A stretch of 64,000 nt of DNA from Octopus vulgaris (GCA_951406725.2 OX597822.1:98270001-98334000), one strand, 5' to 3'. Numbered from the stretch's first letter, positions 25,998-38,072 are shown. The notes: a model not told the origin generated them from the sequence alone. Numbers and translations are program-made.

Positions 25998-26284
25998 GTG
26001 CACACACAGGAACAAGCACACACATACACACACAGACAAGAACAAGCATGCACACATAACCCATCAGCTTTCTTCTCCTCCTCCCACTTTAGTAGCTGTC
26101 ACGGAGGTCACGAAGATATCCGAAGTGAATTGTCGAGTAGTCACGGAAACAAGCGAGGTCTTGTTATCGTTTTGTCGAGTTAAACTGAAGGATCGCCAGA
26201 AATTATTCCAATGAGGGAGATCTCCTAGGGTTGCTCGTGGAGACCCCGCAAAACCACGGTCCCCCCTGACCACTAGGGTAAGTG
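25677..26284. mobile_element. 608-bp fold-back element with a (GT)n/(AC)n centre
   Basis: Arms of about 250 bp are reverse complements with only a few mismatches; termini cacttaccc / gggtaagtg. Confidence 0.85.
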
Positions 26285-27173
26285 ATCTGGTTGAAAATCA
26301 CCTAACAAAAATTCTGGTGTTGATACATTCGACTAAAATTTCTCCGAGACAGCCCCCCGGCATTACCGCATTCTAATGATTTAACAAGTACAAAGAAAGA
26401 GCCTCACAAAAAAAAAAGGAAATATATCAGTGAAATAGTTTTGACTTAAAAAAAAAATTCTGGGTTCCATACAGTCGTCTAAAAAGGTGGTGCCCCAGCA
26501 TGGTCGCAGTCTAATAACTGCAAGAAGTAAAAGGAAACAAATCCGGAGTACGATACGTTCAACTAAAAATCTTCAAGGTGGTACCCCAGTATGGCCACCG
26601 ACAAATGACTGAAACAAGTAATAGGGGGGGGGAATGAAAAACAACCGAAAATTGTAACGGAGGCACCCGCGGATAGCGGTAAAAATTGATTTTCAACCAT
26701 AACTTTTACCAATTTTGAAGTTTGCTAACATGAGTTAAGTCCCCTTCTTGCCATAGGGAAGTGAAAGTGTGTGTGTGTATGTGTGAGGGAAAGAGAGAAG
26801 TTGTTTTTTGATGTATGTGTGTGTGTGAGGGAGAGAGATAGAGTGAGTCTGACAGCATCTAACAAAAAAAATGTAAAGAGAAAGTGTGTGACAGGGAGAG
26901 AAAGTGACAGCGTTCATCAAAATTAAAAATGTAAAATGTTCTTCTTTTCTTAAACACGAGATAGTCTTCAAATTTAGGATGTTTTTCAAGGACACTATAT
27001 TTTATTAATTGTTATCGCCATATTAATATGGCATTCTTATAGATATAAGAATAATCGCTGCCATGGTCAGCTCCATGAGGCCACCGCCATCAAGATAGCT
27101 ATTGATACACGATCTGTATCCATTATAACCTTCGAACAAGGGAGGTCAGCCGCTTCACACTGCCAGTCCGACA

Positions 27174-27215
27174 GCTACAGACGCGTTTCAGGGTATTGCC
27201 CCTTGTCAATGTAGC
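27174..27215 (-). ncRNA. Minimal type I hammerhead ribozyme, U3-A8 variant (family C)
   Basis: Minus strand: GCUACA-UUGACAA-GGGG-caaua-CCCU-GAAA-CGCG-UC-UGUAGC; 6-bp stem I, palindromic ACGCGU stem III, GUC site. Confidence 0.8.
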
Positions 27216-28071
27216 GCAGTCAGACCCGCAGGTGTCGCCACTGACGTCTCTGTTCGAAGGCTTATATTTACCTAGACTTCGTAATTTTAATATTTCTACT
27301 ATATTTTATAATCAGACTATATATACTTTCTCACACAACAATTAAAATATATTTATTTCTAATCACTTATTTATCTATTTAACTATAAAAGACAGGATAT
27401 ATGTTGGTGTTTGTACGTGAATGTAATTTATGCACTTCAACAAATTAGCACGCATGTCGCTCAAATTTTAGGAGGACATTGGTCACAATCATGGATGTGT
27501 TTTTGTCAGCTTATTTTCTTCGAGGCAGTAATTTTAAAGCAAAAAAATGTTCTTGTTAATGTTGACATTACTACCCGGAAACGAAATCGAAAAATAATAG
27601 TGCAACTGGTATTTAAAAAAAGGTGTAGGAAACAAATATGAAAACAAAAATGCACGGAAAGCAACGTGGGGGTGGGGAGAGGCTTCGGAAAATTCACAAG
27701 ATCCCATATTTTTCCCTCATACCTTTCAGGAAAATGGGTTTTTTTGAAAAATAAAATTTTATATAAATACCTTTTAAACGGTACAGATTACGATTATAAA
27801 GAAATTTGTTGGGAAAATCTTTTCCGAGGGGGTAGGGAGAGGACTTCGGAAAATTTACAAGATTCACAAGGTCCGAGTTTTTCCTTCGTAACTGAGGAAA
27901 ATATAATCTTTTTAAAATCGCAAATTAAGCTTTTCCTCAGAAACTAAGATGCTAAACATCCCTTTGAAGGGTTCGGGTCCTTACTTCTACTATATATATA
28001 TATATATATATGGCGGGGGGTACCTGTCAGGAAAATTTCGAAGACTTAAATAATAAAGCTTAGTAGTGCTA

Positions 28072-28106
<35 letters not shown>

Positions 28107-28415
28107 CCCTTTTATTTTGAAAGGGTCAGTTTGAGATCATCATTGGTCAGGTGCATTGGAAACAGGAATTCAACTAGACAATAAATCATTTTTCAGTTTA
28201 TTTCTCTACATACATTCATACAAACACACACATACATATTTACGTGTGCATACATACATACATACATACATACATACATACATACATACATACATACATA
28301 CATACATACATACATACATACATACATACATACATGTGTTTTTTACTTTTCTTTGTCGCTTCCCTGGCACCATGCTGCTTCGAAGTCGGAACTTAAACTG
28401 GAGAGTATATATATA

Positions 28416-28613
28416 GGCGGCGAGCTGGCAGACACGTTAGCGCGCCGGACGAAAAGCTTAGCGGTATTTCGTCTGTCGTTACGTTCTGAGTTCAAATTCC
28501 GCCGGGGTCGATAAATAAAGTACCAGTTTCGCACTGGGTCGATATAATCAACTTAATCCCTTTGTCTGTCCTTGTTTGTCCTCTCTATGTTTAGCCCCTT
28601 GTGGGCAATAAAG

Positions 28614-28617
<4 letters not shown>
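28416..28617 (+). mobile_element. SINE family 1 (tail B, internal deletion) ending in (TA)n
   Basis: ggcggcgagctggcagacacgttagc ... gccccttgtgggcaataaagaaa(TA)n. Confidence 0.88.
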
Positions 28618-28662
<45 letters not shown>

Positions 28663-29002
28663 AACACACATACATGCATACATGTTTTTTTTTTATTACT
28701 TTTCTTTATCGTTTCACTAGCACCATACTTTTTTAGGTGACTGGTGTAGAGACAAAACTTTTTTCTCAGTCTATTTCGTTTTATCGGACCTGTCTGCATT
28801 GCAAAATAGAAAAAAATAAAAATATTGACAGAATGAAGAAATTAAGTTGCATTAGCTTAAGCTTCATTAGTTTTATAGTAGATCCGCCACTGGTGGTAGG
28901 AAATATAGTTAGGAATGCATCTAACAATAGGTTGCGTCTTACCGGACGATATGAGGTTAAGCAATACCATTAACTATAACGAGCTGCATGATATCTCCAT
29001 CT

Positions 29003-29389
29003 GGTGGAGGCGCAATGGCCCAGTGGTTAGGGCAGCGGACTCGCGGTCATAAGATCGCGGTTTCGGTTCCCAGACCGGGCGTTGTGAGTGTTTATTGAGC
29101 GAAAACACCTAAAGCTCCACGAGGCTCCGGCAGGGGATGGTGGTGATCCCTGCTGTACTCTTTCGCCACAACTTTCTCTCACTCTTACTTCCTGTTTCTG
29201 TTGTACCTGTATTTCAAGGGGCCGGCCTTGTCACTCTCTGTGTCACACTGAATATCCCCGAGAACTACGTTAAGGGTACACGTGTCTGTGGAGTGCTCAG
29301 CCACTTACAAGTTAATTTCACGAGCAGGCTCTTCCGTTGATCGGATCAACCGGAACCCTCGTCGTCGTAACCGACGGAGTGCTTCCACC
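29003..29389 (+). mobile_element. Full-length tRNA-derived SINE family 3
   Basis: A box tggcccagtgg, B box gtttcg(g/a)ttccc; TSD atctccatct at 28993-29002 and 29390-29399; other copies in the window. Confidence 0.9.
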
Positions 29390-30188
29390 ATCTCCATCTA
29401 ATTCTACCAAAAATAGCCACTACATCCCTCATTATTCATTCAGTATATTCATTGCGCGTTGATCAATTTTGTTAACTATTTTCTCTCCAAAACTAAATAG
29501 TAAAATATCAGTACGGATTTTTTTTCATTGAAAAATATAAGGAAATAAATAGGTATATGTTGTGCTGCCCTGTCCTGACAAAGCAACATTCGGACTTAAC
29601 ACGTAGGTCCAGATTTTTTTCGAATACTGTTGAATGAGACATCATAGGAATATGACCTATAATTCGAACGACGTTAAGTAATGCAAAAACAGTGGTTGTA
29701 AGCACGAAGAAGAATCAGTTTGATCAGAGTCAACTAGAATCGACATGGTTGTTGTAACAGCTGAACACCGTTTACAGAGCAGCACACCGTATATAAAAGG
29801 CTGGAATCTGTAAAAGAAATTACTGTTCACTCTACGGGAGTTCCTGTTTTGTTTAGCTGGAAATATTTTGTTATGAGTACTTTTACTAGAACTCATTGGC
29901 TGTTCTGGGTCAGCGAACCCACTAAACCTTCGATTGGAGACATGAAGCGTTGTGTTACGCAAAGCTTTTAATGTGAGTGACTTCCACTTTCAAAAGTGAC
30001 ATCTAAACAGCTGTGCTAACAATATAACCGACTTAGTGTTTGCATTATTGGCGTGAATGTTAATTCATTTATGCTAAAAACAAAACAAACAATTTATCAT
30101 CTTCATTGCAAGAATAATTCTATATTTCGAATCTTACTTTGTATTTTATAAAATGCCGCCCACAATACATTTTGACAGTGAGTACGTT

Positions 30189-30189
<1 letters not shown>

Positions 30190-30228
<39 letters not shown>

Positions 30229-30582
30229 TAATGGTTTCAAATTTTGGCACAGGACCAGCAATTTCAGGGAGGTTTTAAGCCGATTACATTGACCCTAGTA
30301 CTTATTTTATGAACCCAATGATCCTTTCTAATATAGGCACGAAACCCGAGATTTTTGGAGGCGGGGTTAGTCGATTGCATCGACCTCAGTGCGCAATTGT
30401 TACTTATTTTATCGAGCTCGAAATGACAGAAGGCCCAGTCGAATTTGGCGAAGTTTGAATTCAGAATGTAAAACTGGACTAAATGATGCAAATCATTTTG
30501 CGTGGTATGCTAAAGATTCTGCCAACTCGCTGCTAAGCATTTCGTCCGGCAGGCTAACGAGACTTCCAGCTCACCGCTATTG

Positions 30583-30669
<87 letters not shown>

Positions 30670-30885
30670 CATCATCATCATCATCCTTTCTACTATCAGC
30701 ACAAGGCATGAAATTTTAGGAGAGGATTATAATCGATTACATCAACCGCAGTACACAATTGGCACTCATCTAATCAACGCTGAAACGGTGAAGGTCAAAG
30801 TCAACCTGGGTAGAGTTTGAATTTAGAATCTAAAACTGGACTAAAAGCTGGTAATCATTTGGTCTAGCGCGCTAGCGATTCTGCT
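30190..30885 (-). mobile_element. Old SINE family 1 copies (tail A) attached to (TAA)n tracts
   Basis: Degenerate SINE bodies at about 30232-30580 and 30685-30885, each ending next to an (AAT)n run. Confidence 0.7.
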
Positions 30886-31006
30886 CACGTGGAACATAAC
30901 AAGATTCCGAACAAATACTGTTGTCAGATATAATGCAAAGATGAAAGAAAAGTTTTTGAGTTGTCATGGTCTGGAGAAGGAGTTAGGAATTTGGCTGAGA
31001 AAAATG

Positions 31007-31041
<35 letters not shown>

Positions 31042-31555
31042 TAAATCAAAATTATCAGGACACATGCTATTCTCATAATAGCAAAGAATTTAAAATATAT
31101 TTATAAAAAGAAAGATTGGAGAAAAAAGTTGGAAGTAAAAAACAAATAACGAAATCCTCGAAAAAACGATGAAAAGCAAGTTATAAAATCCTTCGTAAAA
31201 ACGAACCCAGAGGTTTAAATAAGGGAGTCGTGTGTTTTTTTTTTTTGGCTTCAATAACGAAATGGATCAATTATAGTAAACTGGAAAGCATTAGGTGCCC
31301 TCTCAAATCTCAGAAAGAAATAAGTGAAAATAGTTATAAGCTACCGTATTTAAAACCTTAACCTCGTAAAAACGGCTCTTGAAGGGACCTAGGACAATCC
31401 CATTCGATCTATCTATATAATCATAAAGAGAAAGAAACAATGGAATCCACAAGATTCTTTATTAATCACTACGATCGTTTTTACCCATCGTGCATAGGTC
31501 CCTATCAGGAGATTCATGCACTGCAAAATGGCCAGAATAAGGTCAGAATATATAT

Positions 31556-31785
31556 ATTTCTTTATTGCCCACAAGGGGCTAAACATAGAGCGGACAAACA
31601 AAGTCAGACAAAGGGATTAAGTCGATTACATCGATCCCAGTGTGTAACTGGTGCTTTATTTATCGACCCCAAAAGGATGAAAGGCAAAGTCGACCTCGGA
31701 GGAATTTGAACTCAGAACGTAACGGCAGACGAAGTACCACTAAGCATTTCGCCCGGTGCTCTAACGTTTCAGGCAGCTCGCCGCC
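31556..31785 (-). mobile_element. SINE family 1 (tail B)
   Basis: Full length; approximate TSD taagg(t/a)cagaata. Confidence 0.88.
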
Positions 31786-32661
31786 TTAAGGACAGAATAC
31801 AACAGGATTAAATTTATCTCCTTATTACAGCATGGATTATATAATGAAAAATTATGTAATTTATGATGTTATAGTAAAAGGACCAAATCACGCATTTAAT
31901 ATTGCTCTGGTTTAGTTACTCCGTAGATTACTCGGATGTATCTAATACTAAGAGAAAAAAAATCAGAGGACAAATTATGCTTAATACCTTATTGGTGTTG
32001 TAAGCATAGGTTGACCATATTTTGCATCTCATTCGAAATTCTTCAAAACACACACACACACACACATACACATGAAAATGTATGTGTATCTGAGTTCGTG
32101 TGTGCAGGGGCAACATAACCCTGCCAACACTCTGATGTTAAACAGCTGCTGATGGGCCAGTCTTTTGAGAAGTTACGCCAGACCTTGGGTCCCTACCTAC
32201 AAACCAATATCCGAACCAAAAACTGAGCTTAAAATTGGACCTTAAACAACAAATAACATAAAAGTGGAGTGAAGTTACATGACTGGAGACGTAAAAACCA
32301 GTTTTCAACAATAAACTATGTGTATAGCGTTACCACGAATTCAGAATAAAAGAGCCGGTATTTTTTTTTATGGTGAAATCAACAATAGATGGCTGGGCTA
32401 GTCATGTAGCACCCACACCAGATAACGACCAGAAAAGCTGTATGAGAATGTTTATATTAATTTATAAATGCTAACTCGTATTTTATCTTCTTGTTGCTAC
32501 ATTCTTTAATGTCTAGTGCTTTATCATCGATCTGACCATGCTGTTGCAGAGTTACGATGATACGGGGACGTGAAAAGCATCTCTTGTAAAGCGATGGGTA
32601 GGGGAGCGCAAAGTGACACAGGCGCACACGCACTTTGTATGTATGCGTGTGTGTATGTGTG

Positions 32662-33052
32662 TGGAGTGGCTGTGTGGTAAGTAGCTTGCTAACCAACCAC
32701 ATGGCTCCGGGTTCAGTCCCACTGCGTGGCATCTTGGGCAAGTGTCTTCTGCTATAGCCCTGGGCCGACCAATGCCTTGTGAGTGGACTTGGTAGACGGA
32801 AACTGAAAGAAGCCTGTCGTATATATGTATATATGTATATATGTATGTGTTTGTGTGTCTGTGTTTGTCTCCCTAGCATTGCTTGACAACCGATGCTGGT
32901 GTGTTTACATCCCCGTCACTTAGCGGTTCGGCAAAAGAGACCGATAGAATAAGTACTTGGGCTTGCAAAGAATAAGTCCCGGGGTCGATTTGCTCGACTA
33001 AAGGCGGTGCTCCAGCATGGCCGCAGTCAAATGACTGAAACAAGTAAAAGAG
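32662..33052 (+). mobile_element. tRNA-derived SINE family 2 (internal TA/TG microsatellite)
   Basis: ggagtggctgtgtggtaag...gggttcagtccc head; tail ggcggtgctccagcatggccgcagtcaaatgactgaaacaagtaaaag; about seven copies in the window. Confidence 0.9.
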
Positions 33053-33056
33053 TATG

Positions 33057-33103
<47 letters not shown>

Positions 33104-33126
33104 GCGCGCAGCCGCACACGTTATAT

Positions 33127-34320
33127 ATACTGCCTTGGCCAAAAGTATTAGGCCACCTCAATATTTTGGGGTTCTGTTATCTCAATGTTAATGAAACTCG
33201 TGCACATGTTAGATTATGGTATATTTCACAATATACATTAGTATTAATATCTGGTTGACCCTCCTTTAGCGTCAATTACCACTTTTATACTGTACTGTAC
33301 ATATGCAACCAATTATGAGTTAGACCAACGTCCAAAATTAACTTATGTTTCCTTGATTATTTCAGTGTTTTATGCTAAAATACATTGTAGATACAGTTGA
33401 TAAACAGTAAAATGCCTAAAACAATGGAGTTGAGTGAGTGTGAGCGAGGTCAAATCGTAGGTCATCATGAAGATGGAATGTCTCAAAGGGTAATTGCTCA
33501 GAAGATGAAATGTTCTCGATGTGCGGTGCAAACGACTCTCAAGCACTTCAGAGAGACAAAAGATATGAAGACAATACAAAAAAACAGGTAGAAAATAGGT
33601 TGCATCACCTCATGATGACAGATCCATCATCCGTCGGTCGCACAGAAACATGAGACAAACATCGCTGGAGCTCTGTGCGGATTTTAATGAGGCAAGTACA
33701 TCACAAATAGCAACCAGAACTGTTACAAGACGGCTTGTAGAGCAGGGTACGAAAGGCTGTAAAGCCAGGAAGTAGCCATGGGTTTCTGAAGTGAATACGG
33801 AAAAACGTCTTCAGAGGGCCGGAAACCACTCAAATTGGACCAGTGAGCAATGGTTGAAAGTCATATAGTCTGATGAAAGTAAATATGAGGTAAGAGTACT
33901 TGGATTCAATCAACATATGAACTTAATGTAACTGGTTTGTTGCCCAAAATATATTTTAAAAAAAGCATCCAGCATAAGGCCAATACTATTTTCCATGTTT
34001 TTACTCTGGTTTACGGTACATCTGGTGCAATTATCGTGCGTCGCAGAGTTGAGGAAGCATTTAAGGCTGAATGCCTGCTACCAACCGTAAAACATGGGGG
34101 TGGTTCTGTCATGGTGTGGGCCTGCATGTCTGCCACAGGACCCGGAGGAATGTTTTTATGTCAGGGAAGGATGAATTAAGCTACCTATGTTTCTATATTA
34201 TCGGATGAATTAGAGCCATCAATTGCTAAATTACATCCAGGAGTGTTGAAAAACTTTTACAACCACAACGCTCCATAACATACTGCAAAGAATGCTAGTC
34301 AATAGTTTAAGAAACATATA
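33127..34320 (+). pseudogene. Tc1-like transposon, decayed transposase starting at 33412 with a probable intron at 33890-34008
   Basis: TIR-like tactgccttggccaaaagtattaggccacc; MPKTMELSECERGQIVG HTH, RTVTRRL, W..VI*SDESKYE, PTVKHGGGSVMVWAC, HNAP*HTAK; several stops. Confidence 0.9.
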
Positions 34321-34414
34321 TCAATGTGTATGATATCTTTATATTTATTAATTTTTCTTGTTTCGTTCTCTCACCATTATTATTGTTGATATTATTTTTC
34401 CCGTTCAAAACTTT

Positions 34415-34835
34415 CTCTCTTTTACTTGTTTCAATCATTTGACTGCGGCCATGCTGGAGCTCCGCCTTTAGTCGAGCAAATCGACCCCGGGACTTATTCT
34501 TTGTAAGCCCAGTACTTATTTTATCGGCCTCTTTTGCCGAACCGCTAAGTGACGGGGACGTAAACACACCAGCATTGGTTGTCAAGCAATGCTAGGGGGA
34601 CAAACACACAAACACATACACACACACACACACACATATATTTATATATATATATATACAACAGGCTTCTTTCAGTTTCCATCTACCAAATCCACTCACA
34701 GTTTCCATCTACCAAATCCACTCACAAGGGGTTAGGGGCTATAGCAGAAGACACTTGCCCAAGATGCCACGCAGTGGGACTGAATCCGGAACCAAGTGGT
34801 TGGTTAGCAAGCTACTTACCACACAGCCACACCTG
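34415..34835 (-). mobile_element. SINE family 2
   Basis: Reverse complement of 32662-33052 with an internal 24-bp duplication. Confidence 0.88.
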
Positions 34836-35344
34836 CGCCTTGGTTTGTAAATTACCAGATTCCCTTATTGTGTTCTCTTGTTGTATCCTATTTTATTTTC
34901 ATCTCATTTTACTGCATTTTATTAAACTTTTTTGATGTCCTTCAAAAGATACATCACTGATGAGAATGGCAATGCATAAATTAAATCATAAATTTTATCT
35001 TGATTTTAATTATTAATTTTAATTATTTTATTTTCAATTATAATCACTATGATCTATATTTTTTCTTGCATTTTTGCATTGGTTTTTGAAACGTACGTAT
35101 ACACTGAATCCACTTTTATAATAAATCTATTACTGTTTAAAAATCTTCTCTCCATTTTTTATACTGGTTTATGGTATATGCTTAATCCTATAAAGAATCG
35201 CCTCAAATATTATTTTCATATTCTTATTACGTTTTGACTCATTTTCATGAATATGATGAATCCTTATAAGAAATCATCTTTTCTCTCTTTTTTGGATTCC
35301 CCAAAAAGATTGAATTGTTCTTTTGAAATTATCTTTTCTCTCTT

Positions 35345-35387
<43 letters not shown>

Positions 35388-35469
35388 AATAATATATAGT
35401 CTATTGACTAATTCGGTTTTTTTGGTGCTAGGATACTGGTAATAATAATTTATTATTACCCTATTTTAT

Positions 35470-35552
<83 letters not shown>

Positions 35553-35589
35553 AGGGCCGGGCGGAAGGCGTTCAATGGCATAAGGGATG

Positions 35590-35845
35590 TGCTTAAGGGA
35601 AAGTTGGACAGGATCACCAGCGCCAACCTCATTGAAGTGCAGTTCTGCTTGCAATGTTAGGGCTACCACAAAGAGAGAAGAGCAAAGACTGGTAACGGCT
35701 CAAAGAGCCATGGGAAGGTCAATGCTTCGTATCTCGTTGAGAGAGCACATAAGTAGCGAGATCATCAGAAAGAAGTCCGGCGAGAGAGATGTCATCGCAG
35801 AGTATACACGCAGCAAGTATAGATGGGCTGGACACGTCGCCCGGC
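35590..35845 (+). pseudogene. RTE-like LINE ORF C-terminal fragment
   Basis: EEQRLVTAQRAMGRSMLRISLREHISSEIIR....KYRWAGHVAR. Confidence 0.8.
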
Positions 35846-36211
35846 TCACCGAGCTTGTCTCCAAATATCTTGACCGTGTCCTTGCCCCCTGGGGTGGCTT
35901 CTCTCCATTGTCACATCCATGACACCATCCGTGCGCTTCGGTTGTTCAATTCTCCCTCCTTTCCTCCTGGCCCCTCTAAACTTCTCTTCACTCTCGACAT
36001 CTAGAGCATTTAGACGGTGATCCCTCACCACGAGGGGCTGCGTGCACTCAAACACTTCCTTGACCTCCGACCCAACCTCCAACCCGATACCTCTACACTG
36101 GTTCGTCTGGTCGGACTTGTCCTCTCACTCAACAGCTTCTCGTTCGCGGGCGATTTCTACCAGCAGTTTTCGGGAGTGGTCATGGGAACGAGAATCGGCC
36201 CCAACTATGCG

Positions 36212-36214
<3 letters not shown>
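35846..36214 (+). pseudogene. Penelope-like element reverse transcriptase fragment
   Basis: SHIHDTIRAL..LFTLDI*SI*TVIPHHEGLRALKHFL..LVRLVGLVLSLNSFSFAGDFYQQFSGVVMGTRIGPNYA, i.e. the PLE-type DV.SLYT.IP and YQQ..G..MG..P..A motifs; ends at (TA)n. Confidence 0.85.
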
Positions 36215-36254
<40 letters not shown>

Positions 36255-36377
36255 ATATATATATATATAAATTTAAAATGAGGGTGAGAAATTAGATATT
36301 AATTTAATTAACATCGATTTCACACCAGTGGACTAGAATATAAAAAAATGAAGGTTCAGTAAAATTCATATGTATGA

Positions 36378-36419
<42 letters not shown>

Positions 36420-36443
36420 GTGTGTGTGATTGTGTATAGAAGA

Positions 36444-36903
36444 ATATATTAATAAAAAGAATTCCAACCTTGTCTGATTTTCACGTTTTATTTACAATCT
36501 TATAATGATATATTATAAGATAATATATTATAATTGAATAAAATAAAATGAAATAGTAGAATGTTAAATATTCATTCTGATTGAACTAGTACTTTCATGC
36601 ATTGAATTCTGCAATCTTCGGGTTCATGTAGTAGTGTTGACAGTCATGCTTCACAATTTTTGACTGTCAAAAATTTTTGACAGTCAAAAATTGTGAAGCA
36701 TGACTGTCAACACTACTACATGAACCCGAAGATTGCAGAATTCAATGCATGAAAGTACTAGTTCAATCAGAATGAATATTTAACATTCTACTATTTCATT
36801 TTATTTTATTCAATTATAATATATTATCTTATAATATATCATTATAAGATTGTAAATAAAACGTGAAAATCAGACAAGGTTGGAATTCTTTTTATTAATA
36901 TAT
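36444..36903. mobile_element. Perfect spacerless 460-bp palindrome of family A element with two outward-facing HHRs (36582-36626 minus, 36721-36765 plus)
   Basis: Symmetry axis between 36673 and 36674 (tgactgtcaaaaa|tttttgacagtca); left arm identical to 931-1146; TA-rich repeats on both sides. Confidence 0.9.
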
Positions 36904-36940
36904 ATATATATATATACATGTATGTATATATATACATATA

Positions 36941-36984
<44 letters not shown>

Positions 36985-37319
36985 TATATGTGTGTTTTCC
37001 ACCTGCCTTCGTCTTTTGTTTATTTTCATAAAGCCTATTATATATATATATATATACACATATATATATGTGTGTATGTATATATATATACATATATATA
37101 TATATACACATATATATATATACACATATATATGTGTGTATGTATATATATACATATATATATATACACATATATATATGTGTGTATGTATATATATACA
37201 TATATATATATGTATATATATACATATATATATATATGTGTGTATGTATATATATACATATATATATGTATATATATAAATTGATCAAAATAAAATAAAA
37301 ACATGATGCGAAGGATTCA

Positions 37320-37397
37320 GCGGTACATATGTTTCGGGCCTTTATTAGACAGATTTATAACAATGCATAATGTATGTCTGTGGCCTTCTTCAGCCGC
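37320..37397 (-). ncRNA. Type I hammerhead ribozyme (family D) in an approximately 340-bp insert (37278-37615) between TA-type repeats
   Basis: Minus strand: GCGG-CUGAAGA-a-GGCC-(about 40 nt)-GGCC-c-GAAA-CAUAUG-UA-CCGC; palindromic ACAUAUGU stem III, GUA site. Confidence 0.72.
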
Positions 37398-37681
37398 GCA
37401 CAACAGCTTCCACAAAGACATGTGTTACATAAAAAATTCTTGGTTGGGCATGCAAATCCTCTCATTCACGTACGACATAATGCGGCAGCGGCATAGAATT
37501 GAAGCGTCCATCTCTTTCTTCTCTCAATGTATTTTGATCAATTTACTCCACCACCTACACCACCAAACGGTATACACAGGTGCTTATAATTATCAAGTAC
37601 TCACCCCGAATTTCTATGTATATAAATACATATATATATGTATATATATATACGCATATATATATGTACATACATATAATC

Positions 37682-38071
37682 TTTTACTCTTTTACTTGTT
37701 TCAGTCATTTGACTGCGGCCATGCTGGAGCACGGCCTTCATTCGAGCAACTCGACACCGGGACTTATTCTTTTGTAAGCCCAGTACTTATTTTATCGGTC
37801 TCTTTTGCCGAACCGCTAAGTAACGGGGACATAAACACACCAGCATCGGTTGTCAAGCAATGCTAAGGAGACAAACACAGACACACAAACACACACACGC
37901 ATACATATATACACGACGGGCTTCTTTCAGTTTCCGTCTACCAAATCCACTCAGAAGGCTTTATTCGGCCCGAGGCTATAGTAGAAGACTCTTGCCCAAG
38001 GTGCCACGCAGTGGGACTGAACCCGGAACCATGTTGTTGGTAAACAAGCTACTTACCACACAGCCACTCCT

Positions 38072-38072
<1 letters not shown>
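37682..38072 (-). mobile_element. SINE family 2
   Basis: Reverse complement of the family 2 consensus. Confidence 0.9.

Noticed and set aside
26640-28040. Possible DNA transposon surrounding the family C ribozyme
   Set aside because: The composition is suggestive, but I could not define matching TIRs or a TSD
29005-29080. tRNA-like sequences at SINE heads (also 2561, 42819, 40365)
   Set aside because: They run directly into repeated SINE bodies and lack a full cloverleaf, so they were not called as tRNA genes
29508-29962. Minus-strand 101-aa ORF with a possible acceptor near 29808
   Set aside because: No recognisable domain; a single splice-like signal is insufficient
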